Of a stretch of 24,963 nt of DNA, positions 9,198-16,712 are shown piece by piece. Within the stretch, counting starts at the first letter, position 1. Every line of letters starts with the position of its first letter. The DNA comes from a virus, in the UHGV virus genome UHGV-0093507, one strand, 5' to 3'. Below the pieces are notes generated by a model. The model saw only the letters and a program-made list of their open reading frames with translations. It was not told the DNA's origin and did no database searches. The translations under genes were made by a program, and so were the position numbers.

Positions 9198-10067
9198 TCA
9201 GAAGTCAGCCAGCTGGTCGGAGGCTGCGCCTGTTGCGGTGAACCGGTTCTGCGGATCGCCGTCCTGCGTGCGCAGTTTTTCCTTCAGTGCTGTCAGCTCT
9301 GTGGTCAGTGACGTAATTTTCTGGCGGTCCTGCTGATGGCGGGTTTCCAGCACATTAAAACGGTCGATAATGTCGGCCTGTGACGTTGCGACGCCTTCCA
9401 CCGCTTCCTGAATACGGGAAAAACTGGCGTCATCCGCTTTGCGGCCACGGCCAATAATCCCCATTACGCGGTTAAACCACTGGGTGCCTTCTTCCTGGCG
9501 TTGTTCTGCCATTTCGATGATTTCAGACTCGATGGCTTCGGAGATAAGCGGCGCTTCACCCTGGACACTGTTGAACGTCATTACCGCCTGACGTTGCTGT
9601 GCCGTGAATTTCAGGCGCTCAGTGCCCAGGCTTGCCGGGGTGTCGGTCATCGCCAGCCCGACCAGATAGGCGCGCCCGTTAACGGAGAACTGCGGGTGCA
9701 GTTCGATACTGGAATAGATTTTCTTGCCGTCCGCGACAAGCTGCTTCATGCGCTCGGTCGGTTCGATTTCTGCATACAGCGCAGTACGTCCGGCCAGCGG
9801 ACCTTCCGTAATGTCTTCCGTACTCAGTGCGGTGACATCGCCCATTGCGGAAAATTCGCTTGACGGGCATGGCGAGAGATAGTGCTCAACGTTCACGCGG
9901 GCAGCGTAAACATCCGGGTTGAAGTTCTCGGCGGCTTCACGCAGATGCACCGGACTGATTTCACGGCCATCAACAGTTGATCCGGAGACAGCCACGCGAA
10001 ACTTTTTGCGGGATGTCTTTTTTTCATTAGCCATAGTTTTTGCCCCTCTGACTGGTTCTTCAGTCAT
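9198..10067 (-). CDS. O: Capsid scaffolding protein (P2 gpO-like)
   Basis: 289-aa ORF, first gene of the leftward late operon, divergent from P; acidic/coiled-coil character. Confidence 0.85.
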   Translation of the reverse strand: MTEEPVRGAKTMANEKKTSRKKFRVAVSGSTVDGREISPVHLREAAENFNPDVYAARVNVEHYLSPCPSSEFSAMGDVTALSTEDITEGPLAGRTALYAEIEPTERMKQLVADGKKIYSSIELHPQFSVNGRAYLVGLAMTDTPASLGTERLKFTAQQRQAVMTFNSVQGEAPLISEAIESEIIEMAEQRQEEGTQWFNRVMGIIGRGRKADDASFSRIQEAVEGVATSQADIIDRFNVLETRHQQDRQKITSLTTELTALKEKLRTQDGDPQNRFTATGAASDQLADF

Positions 10068-10188
10068 GATGGCAAAGCGTAACAGGCTGATACAAAGGGC
10101 TTTTGTTGTAAGAAAACGGCCAGAACAGGGGGTTAAGGAGAACGGTTTCGCGCGCGGGTAATCTTCCTGTAATTACTCAGGGGGAGCA
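10068..10188. promoter_or_regulatory. Divergent late-promoter region between O (leftward) and P (rightward)
   Basis: 121-bp intergenic spacer between divergently transcribed late operons. Contains a dyad acaaagggcttttgt reminiscent of the partial-dyad activator sites of P2-type late promoters. Promoter elements were not mapped precisely. Confidence 0.45.
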
Positions 10189-11940
10189 ATGATTCAGGAC
10201 GCTTTTGTGCGCCAGCGTGCGCGGCAACTTTACTGGCAGGGTTATCCGCCCGCAGAAATATCACGTCTGATGGGAATAAACCCGAACACGATTTATGCGT
10301 GGAAAAAACGCGACCAGTGGGATGAAACGCCCCCCGTGCAGCGTGTCACGCAGTCCATCGATGCGCGCCTCATCCAGCTTACTGAAAAACAGAATAAAAC
10401 AGGCGGTGACTTTAAGGAAATAGACCTGCTGACCCGGCAGCTTAAAAAGCTGCATGATGGCCAGCCGGATGTGATGGCCGCAGGAAAGAAAGGCCGGGCG
10501 AAAAAACTTAAAAATCATTTCACGCCGGAACAGATTGCCGCACTGCGGGAAAAAATCATCAGCAGGCTGGAGTGGCATCAGCGGGGCTGGTTTGACTCCC
10601 TGACACTTTGCAGGGAAGCCGGGATACGTAACAGGATGATCCTGAAATCCCGACAGATTGGGGCGACCTGGTATTTTGCACAGGAAGCTCTGCTGATGGC
10701 GCTGCGTGACGATGTGGCGCAACCTTACCAGCGTAACCAGATTTTTTTGTCTGCGTCGCGTCGTCAGGCGTTCCAGTTTAAAAGCATTATTCAGAAGGCC
10801 GCGGCTGAAGTTGATGTGGAGCTGAAAGGGGGCGATAAAATCATCCTCTCCAACGGCGCAGAGCTGCATTTTCTCGGCACTTCTGCTGCGTCGGCACAGT
10901 CCTATACGGGCAATTTTTATTTTGATGAATTTTTCTGGGTCAGTCGCTTTGCTGAACTGCGCAAGGTGGCTGGCGCTATGGCAACCCTCAGCGGACTGCG
11001 GCGCACCTACTTCTCCACACCATCCACCGAAACGCACGAGGCGTACGCCTACTGGAACGGCGACCGCTGGAACGAGAAAAAGGCCTCGCATAAACGCCAG
11101 AGTTTTTCTGTGGACTGGAAAACGCTGCATAACGGGCTTATCTGCCCTGACCGGACTTGGCGGCAAATTGTCACGCTGGAAGATGTGGTTAATCACGGCT
11201 GGAAACACACCGATATCGACGAAATTCGTGATGAAAACACCGAAGACGAGTTCCTCAATCTCTATATGTGTGAGTTTGTCCGCGAAGGGGAATCGGCATT
11301 TAACCTGAATATCCTGATTGGCTGCGGTGTTGACGGATACGACGACTGGAAAGACTGGAAACCTTTTGCTCCCCGCCCGATGGGGAATCGTCCGGTATGG
11401 ATTGGGTATGACGCAAACGGCAGCAGTGGCAACGGCGACAGCGGTGCTGTGTCCGTGGTGGTTCCTCCGGCTGTTCCTGGTGGCCGTTTTCGAACGGTGG
11501 AGACGCGACGCGTTCAGGGGCTGGAGTTTGAAGAACAGGCCAGAGTCATTGAAGAGTTCACGTGTCGCTATAACGTGGAACACATCGGCATTGATGTGAC
11601 GGGCGGGAACGGGGAGGCTGTTTATCAGATAGTGAAACGGTTTTTCCCTGCTGCTATTCCGTACACCTTCACGCTGTCATCAAAACGGTCGCTGGTACTG
11701 AAAATGCTGCAAATAATGCGTGCCGGGCGGTGGGAATACGATCGCGCCGAACGCGAGCTGGTCGCGGCCTTTAACGCCGTGCGTAAGGTGAAAACACCGG
11801 GCGGCTTTATCACTTACGAAACGGACCGCGCGAGGGGGATCAGCCACGGCGACCTTGCGTGGGCAACCATGCTTGCTGTCATTAACGAACCGATTGGCGG
11901 CGAAGGAGAAAACGAGCGTTTCACGGTTATGGAGTTCTGA
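10189..11940 (+). CDS. P: Terminase large (ATPase) subunit (P2 gpP-like)
   Basis: 583-aa ORF; N-terminus MIQDAFVRQRARQLYWQGYPPAEISRLMGINPNTIYAWKKRDQWDE is characteristic of P2 gpP; RBS gggggag upstream; stop overlaps the Q start (TGATG). Confidence 0.9.
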   Translation: MIQDAFVRQRARQLYWQGYPPAEISRLMGINPNTIYAWKKRDQWDETPPVQRVTQSIDARLIQLTEKQNKTGGDFKEIDLLTRQLKKLHDGQPDVMAAGKKGRAKKLKNHFTPEQIAALREKIISRLEWHQRGWFDSLTLCREAGIRNRMILKSRQIGATWYFAQEALLMALRDDVAQPYQRNQIFLSASRRQAFQFKSIIQKAAAEVDVELKGGDKIILSNGAELHFLGTSAASAQSYTGNFYFDEFFWVSRFAELRKVAGAMATLSGLRRTYFSTPSTETHEAYAYWNGDRWNEKKASHKRQSFSVDWKTLHNGLICPDRTWRQIVTLEDVVNHGWKHTDIDEIRDENTEDEFLNLYMCEFVREGESAFNLNILIGCGVDGYDDWKDWKPFAPRPMGNRPVWIGYDANGSSGNGDSGAVSVVVPPAVPGGRFRTVETRRVQGLEFEEQARVIEEFTCRYNVEHIGIDVTGGNGEAVYQIVKRFFPAAIPYTFTLSSKRSLVLKMLQIMRAGRWEYDRAERELVAAFNAVRKVKTPGGFITYETDRARGISHGDLAWATMLAVINEPIGGEGENERFTVMEF

Positions 11941-12986
11941 TGAGCAGAAAAAATAAAAAAGTGCGCATGAGTTCACGCATTGATCTCGCTGATGCGCTCA
12001 GGAAAGAATCATCGCTCAGTGCATTCACATTTGATGGTCCTTATCGCCTGACCGGGCATGACCTGCTGGATAATATGTACTGTGCTGATAACGGGCGGTG
12101 GTATGAAACCCCGGTGGACTGGTACGGTCTGGCAAGAGCTGCCCGGCAAACGTCCTGGCATCAGTCTGCGCTTTACTTTAAGCGCAATGTATTACTCGGT
12201 TGCTACATCCCGCACCCGCTGCTTTCCCGGCAGGATTTCTCGGCGCTGGCGCTGGACTGGTTTGTGTTCGGTAACGCATTCCTTGAGCTTCGTAGCAATA
12301 TGCTCGGCGAACCGCTTAAATTACGGCACGCCCTGGCGAAATACATGCGACGCGGAAGCGATCTTGAATCATGGTGGTATGTGCAGGATGGCAAGGACGC
12401 GTTCCAGTTTCGTCCTGGCAAAGTGTGCCACCTGATGAATCCGGATATTAACCAGGAAATCTACGGCATGCCGGAATATCTTGGCGCATTACTCTCGGCC
12501 AGCCTTTCTCATTCGGCGGACATGTTCAGAAAACTGTACTACGACAACGGATCCCACGCCGGGTGCATCATCTACATCGGTGCAGCGCAGGTAAACCGCG
12601 AAAGCATGGACTCCCTGAAAGAAACGTTACAAGGTGCGCGTGGTGGTGGTGCGTTTAAAAACGTGCTCATCCACGCGCCCAACGGGGGCAAAGAGGGGGT
12701 GCAAATTTTGCCGTTCCAGCAGATCACCGCAAAGGATGAGTTCATGAATGTTAAGGCGGCATCCCGTGATGATGTGCTGGCTGCGCACCGCGTTCCGCCG
12801 CAACTGATGGGGGCAATGCCGGGCGAAAAAAGTGCGTTTGGTGATGTGGAGAAGGCCGCGCGGGTTTATGCAATTAACGAGCTGATGCCCGTTATGGAGG
12901 CCATGAAGCACATCAATGACTGGCTTGGCGAAGAGGTGATCCGTTTTAATTCTTATGCTCTTCTTGATGAAAAAACAGCCCCGTGA
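11940..12986 (+). CDS. Q: Portal vertex protein (P2 gpQ-like)
   Basis: 348-aa ORF, size and position as P2 Q; translationally coupled to P. Confidence 0.9.
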   Translation: MSRKNKKVRMSSRIDLADALRKESSLSAFTFDGPYRLTGHDLLDNMYCADNGRWYETPVDWYGLARAARQTSWHQSALYFKRNVLLGCYIPHPLLSRQDFSALALDWFVFGNAFLELRSNMLGEPLKLRHALAKYMRRGSDLESWWYVQDGKDAFQFRPGKVCHLMNPDINQEIYGMPEYLGALLSASLSHSADMFRKLYYDNGSHAGCIIYIGAAQVNRESMDSLKETLQGARGGGAFKNVLIHAPNGGKEGVQILPFQQITAKDEFMNVKAASRDDVLAAHRVPPQLMGAMPGEKSAFGDVEKAARVYAINELMPVMEAMKHINDWLGEEVIRFNSYALLDEKTAP

Positions 12987-13002
12987 TGGGGCTGTCCTTT
13001 TT
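12975..13002. terminator. Bidirectional rho-independent terminator between convergent Q and the 174-aa cargo gene
   Basis: Hairpin acagcccc-gtgat-ggggctgt (12975-12995) followed by a T-run on the plus strand and flanked by an A-run (T-run on the minus strand). The Q stop codon lies in the loop. Confidence 0.65.
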
Positions 13003-13525
13003 ACCAGAGTTGAACCATTTTCTGGGTGCCGTCAGGCTTGAGATTATCAATTTCAGAGAGAACGTAATATTGAATGGCTTCACAAACGGTGGTGTATGGT
13101 GACTTACCTTCTTTAAGTGGCACGATATTATTATTAACGCGAACCTGTATTTCATCGTTATACATTGCGATCGAAAGAGGAGTATGCACGAAGGCGACTT
13201 CGCCAGGTGTGTCGTCAACCACTGTCTCAATGCTGAAAATCAGTTTTCGCTCATCATTGCCGCCCCTTGCTTTGGGGGTGGCGGCAGGAATCTGAGATAA
13301 AGGCATTCTACGAAACCCTTCAGTTGTTTCCAGTCCGCATGAAACGTAATGCTGGCGATTACCGTCGCTATCCGTCCATGTCTGTGATGGCAGCTCCAGA
13401 GAGATTTCATAAGCATCAACAATTCCCTGGGCAATGCGTACAAGTGGGGTCAGGTCTTCATTGCGGCGAAAACTCTCCTTTACCTGATCTCGTTTTTCTC
13501 GTAACTGCTTGTAATTAATGACCAT
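13001..13525 (-). CDS. Hypothetical cargo protein, 174 aa, no family recognised
   Basis: ATG at 13525 is preceded by GGAGG at a 7-nt spacing, giving MVINYKQLREKRDQ…; the track ORF extends 13 codons further upstream. Visibly AT-richer than the phage backbone; convergent with Q. Confidence 0.5.
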   Translation of the reverse strand: MVINYKQLREKRDQVKESFRRNEDLTPLVRIAQGIVDAYEISLELPSQTWTDSDGNRQHYVSCGLETTEGFRRMPLSQIPAATPKARGGNDERKLIFSIETVVDDTPGEVAFVHTPLSIAMYNDEIQVRVNNNIVPLKEGKSPYTTVCEAIQYYVLSEIDNLKPDGTQKMVQLW

Positions 13526-14136
13526 AAAACAGCCTCCATTGATTTCTTTGCTCGTATTTTGCACTTATGAAGTGTGGTCGGCAAGGTGCCGCATCACTGA
13601 CGCGCTTCGCTTGTCTGCTGCTTCGCCGGGGCATAAAAAATTTATGCCCCGACTCTCCAGCTCCTGTATCAATCAGATAATTTCACGACGTCTTCCGACT
13701 TATCGCTATCATCGACGGCCAGACTCTTACACAATCCCGCCGCGCTGACTGCATGTTCTCGCCGCCTCAGTGCGATTTTGACGGCCTTACCTTTCACCCC
13801 ATCAAATCAGAACACCTTACGTCTTTTTCACGCTCAGCGTGAGCGATACAGCCATTCTGTTGTGTCGCTGCGACATCGTTCATGGAATGCTATTTACCCC
13901 CTGAAACGCGGGCTGTTCCCCCGTCACCTGCGCGCAGAAAAAACGCGTTTTTTTGTGCACGCACGGATCCTTGGCGGATCCAGCCGCCACGCGGGCCGGA
14001 AGGGCAAAAAGTCGTTCAAAAAAATTGTGCAAATTTGTGCACAATCTTGCATTAAAATCAACGTTCAGTGGATGTATTTAAGCGAAAAAAAGATCTTTGT
14101 ATAATTTCGTTCGGTTACGTTGGTGAGAGGTTCTGA

Positions 14137-14538
14137 GTGAAAGACATCACATATTGGAATGATAAAATTCAGAAACAAATTGATAGTTATCCTGAAGCTG
14201 TTCGAGAAAGGATAAATTTTGAGCTTGTTGCACTGCAGAGCGATTGTCCTCATTCTTTCGACAGTTTCGATTTTCCAGTGGATGGTGATGATGCCTTGGG
14301 GGTTCCACCTGCTCAAAAAAAATCAATGCGGGAAACGATTGGTCGCTACGCAATGCAATTAACCATCAAGAGTAGTGATTCTTATCGTATGATTTACGTT
14401 GCGAAATTTGCGGAGTCTGTTTACATACTTCATACATTTAAGAAAAAGACAAATGGTGTGTCAAAAAAAGAATATGAGACAGCTGCCGCAAGATACAAAC
14501 AATTAGTGGAGTATCGTCGTAAAAATGGCTTAAGATAG
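14137..14538 (+). CDS. Gp49-like / HigB-like RelE-superfamily toxin candidate
   Basis: GTG start with RBS gagagg upstream. C-terminal motif YRMIYVAKFAESVYILHTFKKKT…KKEYETAAARYKQL matches the Gp49-like (DUF891) pattern. A TATAAT hexamer at 14100-14105 and a ttgtgcaaatttgtgcaca repeat lie upstream. Confidence 0.6.
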   Translation: MKDITYWNDKIQKQIDSYPEAVRERINFELVALQSDCPHSFDSFDFPVDGDDALGVPPAQKKSMRETIGRYAMQLTIKSSDSYRMIYVAKFAESVYILHTFKKKTNGVSKKEYETAAARYKQLVEYRRKNGLR

Positions 14539-14608
14539 CTTGCAGGTATCTCAAATCTGATATAACATAATCAATGTCAGCAACATCGCTGATTAAGGCT
14601 GGAGAGTT

Positions 14609-14926
14609 ATGGAATTCGTCGTAGTCAAAAACCCTTATGCGTCATCAAGTAGCTCTGTAAATGAAGCTAGTGATAAACACATCCGGGCCCAATTAATGGT
14701 TATTATCCGAAAAATGATTCAGGAGCGCGGTCTTACCCAGCGAGAAGCTGCTGAATTGCTGGAAACAACCCAACCAAGAGTAAGCGAAATCATTAATGGT
14801 AAGTTAGATAATCATACCATTGATCGACTGTTTATCATGCTAAACATCCTGGGGTGGGATTTTAAGTTTGGGTATTCCGGTGGGGTTGTTACTGCGACGG
14901 CAGAACATTCCTGTCAGGTTGCATAA
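14609..14926 (+). CDS. XRE-family helix-turn-helix protein, HigA-like antitoxin/regulator candidate
   Basis: 105-aa ORF with HTH signature ERGLTQREAAELLETTQPRVSEIINGK; immediately downstream of the Gp49-like gene (toxin-first HigBA-type arrangement). Confidence 0.65.
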   Translation: MEFVVVKNPYASSSSSVNEASDKHIRAQLMVIIRKMIQERGLTQREAAELLETTQPRVSEIINGKLDNHTIDRLFIMLNILGWDFKFGYSGGVVTATAEHSCQVA

Positions 14927-14932
14927 ATATTA

Positions 14933-14966
14933 AGCCCCTGACGGGGCCAACCGTCAGGGGCTTTTC
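14933..14966 (+). terminator. Rho-independent terminator after the HTH gene
   Basis: Perfect 12-bp stem agcccctgacgg / ccgtcaggggct with 6-nt loop, followed by TTTT, 7 nt after the stop codon. Confidence 0.7.
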
Positions 14967-15091
14967 AACACAAAGAAATGATAGTCTGAGAAATATCATC
15001 ACCTTGATGTTTTGCATGTACAACTGTGATTCTAGTCAATCCAGGCAGATAATCAAGGTAAAAATCATTCTCAGTAAGGAGGTGATTATGG

Positions 15092-15241
15092 ATGGCTTTG
15101 AAATCAATTGTAAAAAAACCGGCTCCGAAAGGATTTCGTTGGCAGTTTTGCCGATACCGTAAGGTTCGTGGTGATTCTGGTCGAAAGCTGGATGCTCATG
15201 AGTATGGCTGGAAAGCTTGGGCGTTTCTAGTGCGAAGCTGA
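15092..15241 (+). CDS. Small basic, Trp-rich ORF (49 aa), absent from the ORF track, function unknown
   Basis: Strong RBS aaggagg (15077-15083) with 8-nt spacing to ATG 15092. Hand translation gives MALKSIVKKPAPKGFRWQFCRYRKVRGDSGRKLDAHEYGWKAWAFLVRS; a terminator hairpin follows directly. Confidence 0.35.
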   Translation: MALKSIVKKPAPKGFRWQFCRYRKVRGDSGRKLDAHEYGWKAWAFLVRS

Positions 15242-15256
15242 TATTTGATATTTAAA

Positions 15257-15281
15257 AGCATGGCGAAAGCCATGCTTTTTG
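15257..15281. terminator. Rho-independent terminator between the convergent small ORF and parR, possibly bidirectional
   Basis: Stem aagcatggc / gccatgctt with GAAA loop, followed by TTTTT on the plus strand. Confidence 0.65.
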
Positions 15282-15284
15282 TGA

Positions 15285-15599
15285 TCATTCAGGAAAAAAT
15301 TCCTGAATATTCTTTTTTATTTGACTTATATTCTGATTTTTGCAACCAACAGGCTCGCTGTTATGCCAGCCCCATATGTGATTGTTGGCAGGCATATTTT
15401 CCCCCTCTGACCATTCAGCCAGCCAGTAAGCAAAGGCAGGATCGTTTTTAATGAGTGCCAGTCCAGCCAGAAATGCCGCGCGTTGCGCGCGGCTGCGTTC
15501 GGAGGCTGGCAGGCTGTCGAGATAATTACACGCTTCCCGTTCACTCTTGACTGCAGCTGGCTTCAGATAGAAACTTATCCGTCTGGTTGGTGTCGTCAT
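15285..15599 (-). CDS. parR: ParR-like partition adaptor (type II, actin-type partition system)
   Basis: ATG at 15599 with AAGGAG RBS overlapping the parM stop. 104 aa; the N-terminal segment RISFYLKPAAVKSEREACNYLDSLPASERSRAQRAAFLAGLAL resembles plasmid R1 ParR as recalled from memory. The track ORF is longer (149 aa, alternative upstream start). Confidence 0.6.
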   Translation of the reverse strand: MTTPTRRISFYLKPAAVKSEREACNYLDSLPASERSRAQRAAFLAGLALIKNDPAFAYWLAEWSEGENMPANNHIWGWHNSEPVGCKNQNISQIKKNIQEFFPE

Positions 15600-15603
15600 T
15601 GGT

Positions 15604-16563
15604 TTACTCCTTGTCCATTGCGTACAGCCCATTAACCAGAGCAAACTGTGGCACCCCGTCCGCGATGAAAGTCGCATTAACTCCGCAGGCTTCGCGGATA
15701 GCGGGTGCCACAATCTCCGCCCCTCCACCGACAACCATCACCCGCCCGTAACCCGAAAAACCCGCCAGCGCGCGGCTCACGCGTTGTTTCAGTGTTTCTT
15801 CCTTTTCACGAATAACCGCCATCAGGCTGTTGTAATGCGCGTCATTGTGGATGTGCTGGCGCAGCCAGGCTTCATCATGGCGATGTTCGATAATGGTATT
15901 GGCGATGTGGTGACTGGTACGCATACCGTTAGTGGCCATCACCGACAGTACGGCATCGGCCATCAGGGAAACGCCTACGTGTGGATCGCAAAACACCTGG
16001 CTGATACCTGCCAGTTGTCCCTGAACCTTTGCCACATCCAGCGTGGTTCCGCCTAAATCCACAATCAGCAGGGATTCAAACGGACTCATGTCAGCCAGTG
16101 CTTTAAAGCCAGCCGGAATGGATTCAGGCATAACCCGCACGTTACGGATAGTGAATGCCTCACCGTTCTGGTACTCCACCGGGCGCATAACGTTTGCTTT
16201 TTTGCGGTTGATGTTGGCCATGTCCGGCTGTGCGTTTGTGTCGAAATATTCGCTCAGTGGCAGGGTGACAACCACATCCACTTCCTGTGGTGTGATGCCT
16301 GATTTGACCAGCGCGTGATGAATGGCAATGACATTCACATCGCTGTACTGGTATTGCGTGTCGGTCGTCTGGACAAAGCGATCACTGACCGGATCAAAAC
16401 CATAGCGCACGCCATCAAGCATGTAGTTCGCGGGCTGCGTGCCACCGAACGGCGCAGACCATTCCGACTTGAAGCTGTTCGGGCTGATGGCGTTGCGGCG
16501 TTCGCCGTTCTCAGTCCATGCCAGCTTGATGTTGGTGGAGCCGTCATCGATACAAATTTTCAT
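15604..16563 (-). CDS. parM: ParM/StbA-like actin-like segregation ATPase
   Basis: 319-aa ORF; N-terminal phosphate-1 motif MKICIDDGSTNIKLAW plus later motifs (PESIPAG, IVDLGGTTLDV, VMVVGGGAE) resemble R1 ParM as recalled from memory; RBS aagga upstream. Confidence 0.8.
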   Translation of the reverse strand: MKICIDDGSTNIKLAWTENGERRNAISPNSFKSEWSAPFGGTQPANYMLDGVRYGFDPVSDRFVQTTDTQYQYSDVNVIAIHHALVKSGITPQEVDVVVTLPLSEYFDTNAQPDMANINRKKANVMRPVEYQNGEAFTIRNVRVMPESIPAGFKALADMSPFESLLIVDLGGTTLDVAKVQGQLAGISQVFCDPHVGVSLMADAVLSVMATNGMRTSHHIANTIIEHRHDEAWLRQHIHNDAHYNSLMAVIREKEETLKQRVSRALAGFSGYGRVMVVGGGAEIVAPAIREACGVNATFIADGVPQFALVNGLYAMDKE

Positions 16564-16597
16564 GTCGCTTTTCCTTATGTTGATTAATTAATCGTTT

Positions 16598-16712
16598 GCG
16601 GGATTCTGAAATCCCGTTTTTGCCTGTTTTATGCGCGCTTCATATATCGCGGCGCGTTTTTTGCTCATTTACGGGATTTGTGAATCCCGTTTCTGTCTGT
16701 TTTTTGTTTCCA
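16598..16712. repeat. Two ~42-bp direct repeats, each holding a 16-bp near-palindrome (gggattctgaaatccc / gggatttgtgaatccc) and a T-rich tail; copy 2 lies inside the 3' end of gene A
   Basis: Copy 1 16598-16640 (tgcgggattctgaaatcccgtttttgcctgtttt), copy 2 16670-16712 (tacgggatttgtgaatcccgtttctgtctgtttt). They sit immediately upstream of parM on its coding strand. Confidence 0.55.

Noticed and set aside
10261-11583. 440-aa minus-strand ORF antisense to terminase P
   Set aside because: It is entirely antisense to a highly recognisable terminase gene, has no RBS context, and has a low-complexity composition typical of antisense frames.
13600-13700. Possible LexA (SOS) box near ctgtatcaatcag, as in the 186 tum region
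   Set aside because: The sequence does not fit the CTG-N10-CAG spacing; no convincing SOS box was found by eye anywhere in the hotspot.
15245-15451. Plus-strand 68-aa ORF and the extended 149-aa version of the parR ORF
   Set aside because: The plus ORF is antisense to parR and begins inside the terminator. The parR start was placed at the RBS-supported ATG at 15599, after the parM stop, rather than at the upstream in-frame start overlapping parM.
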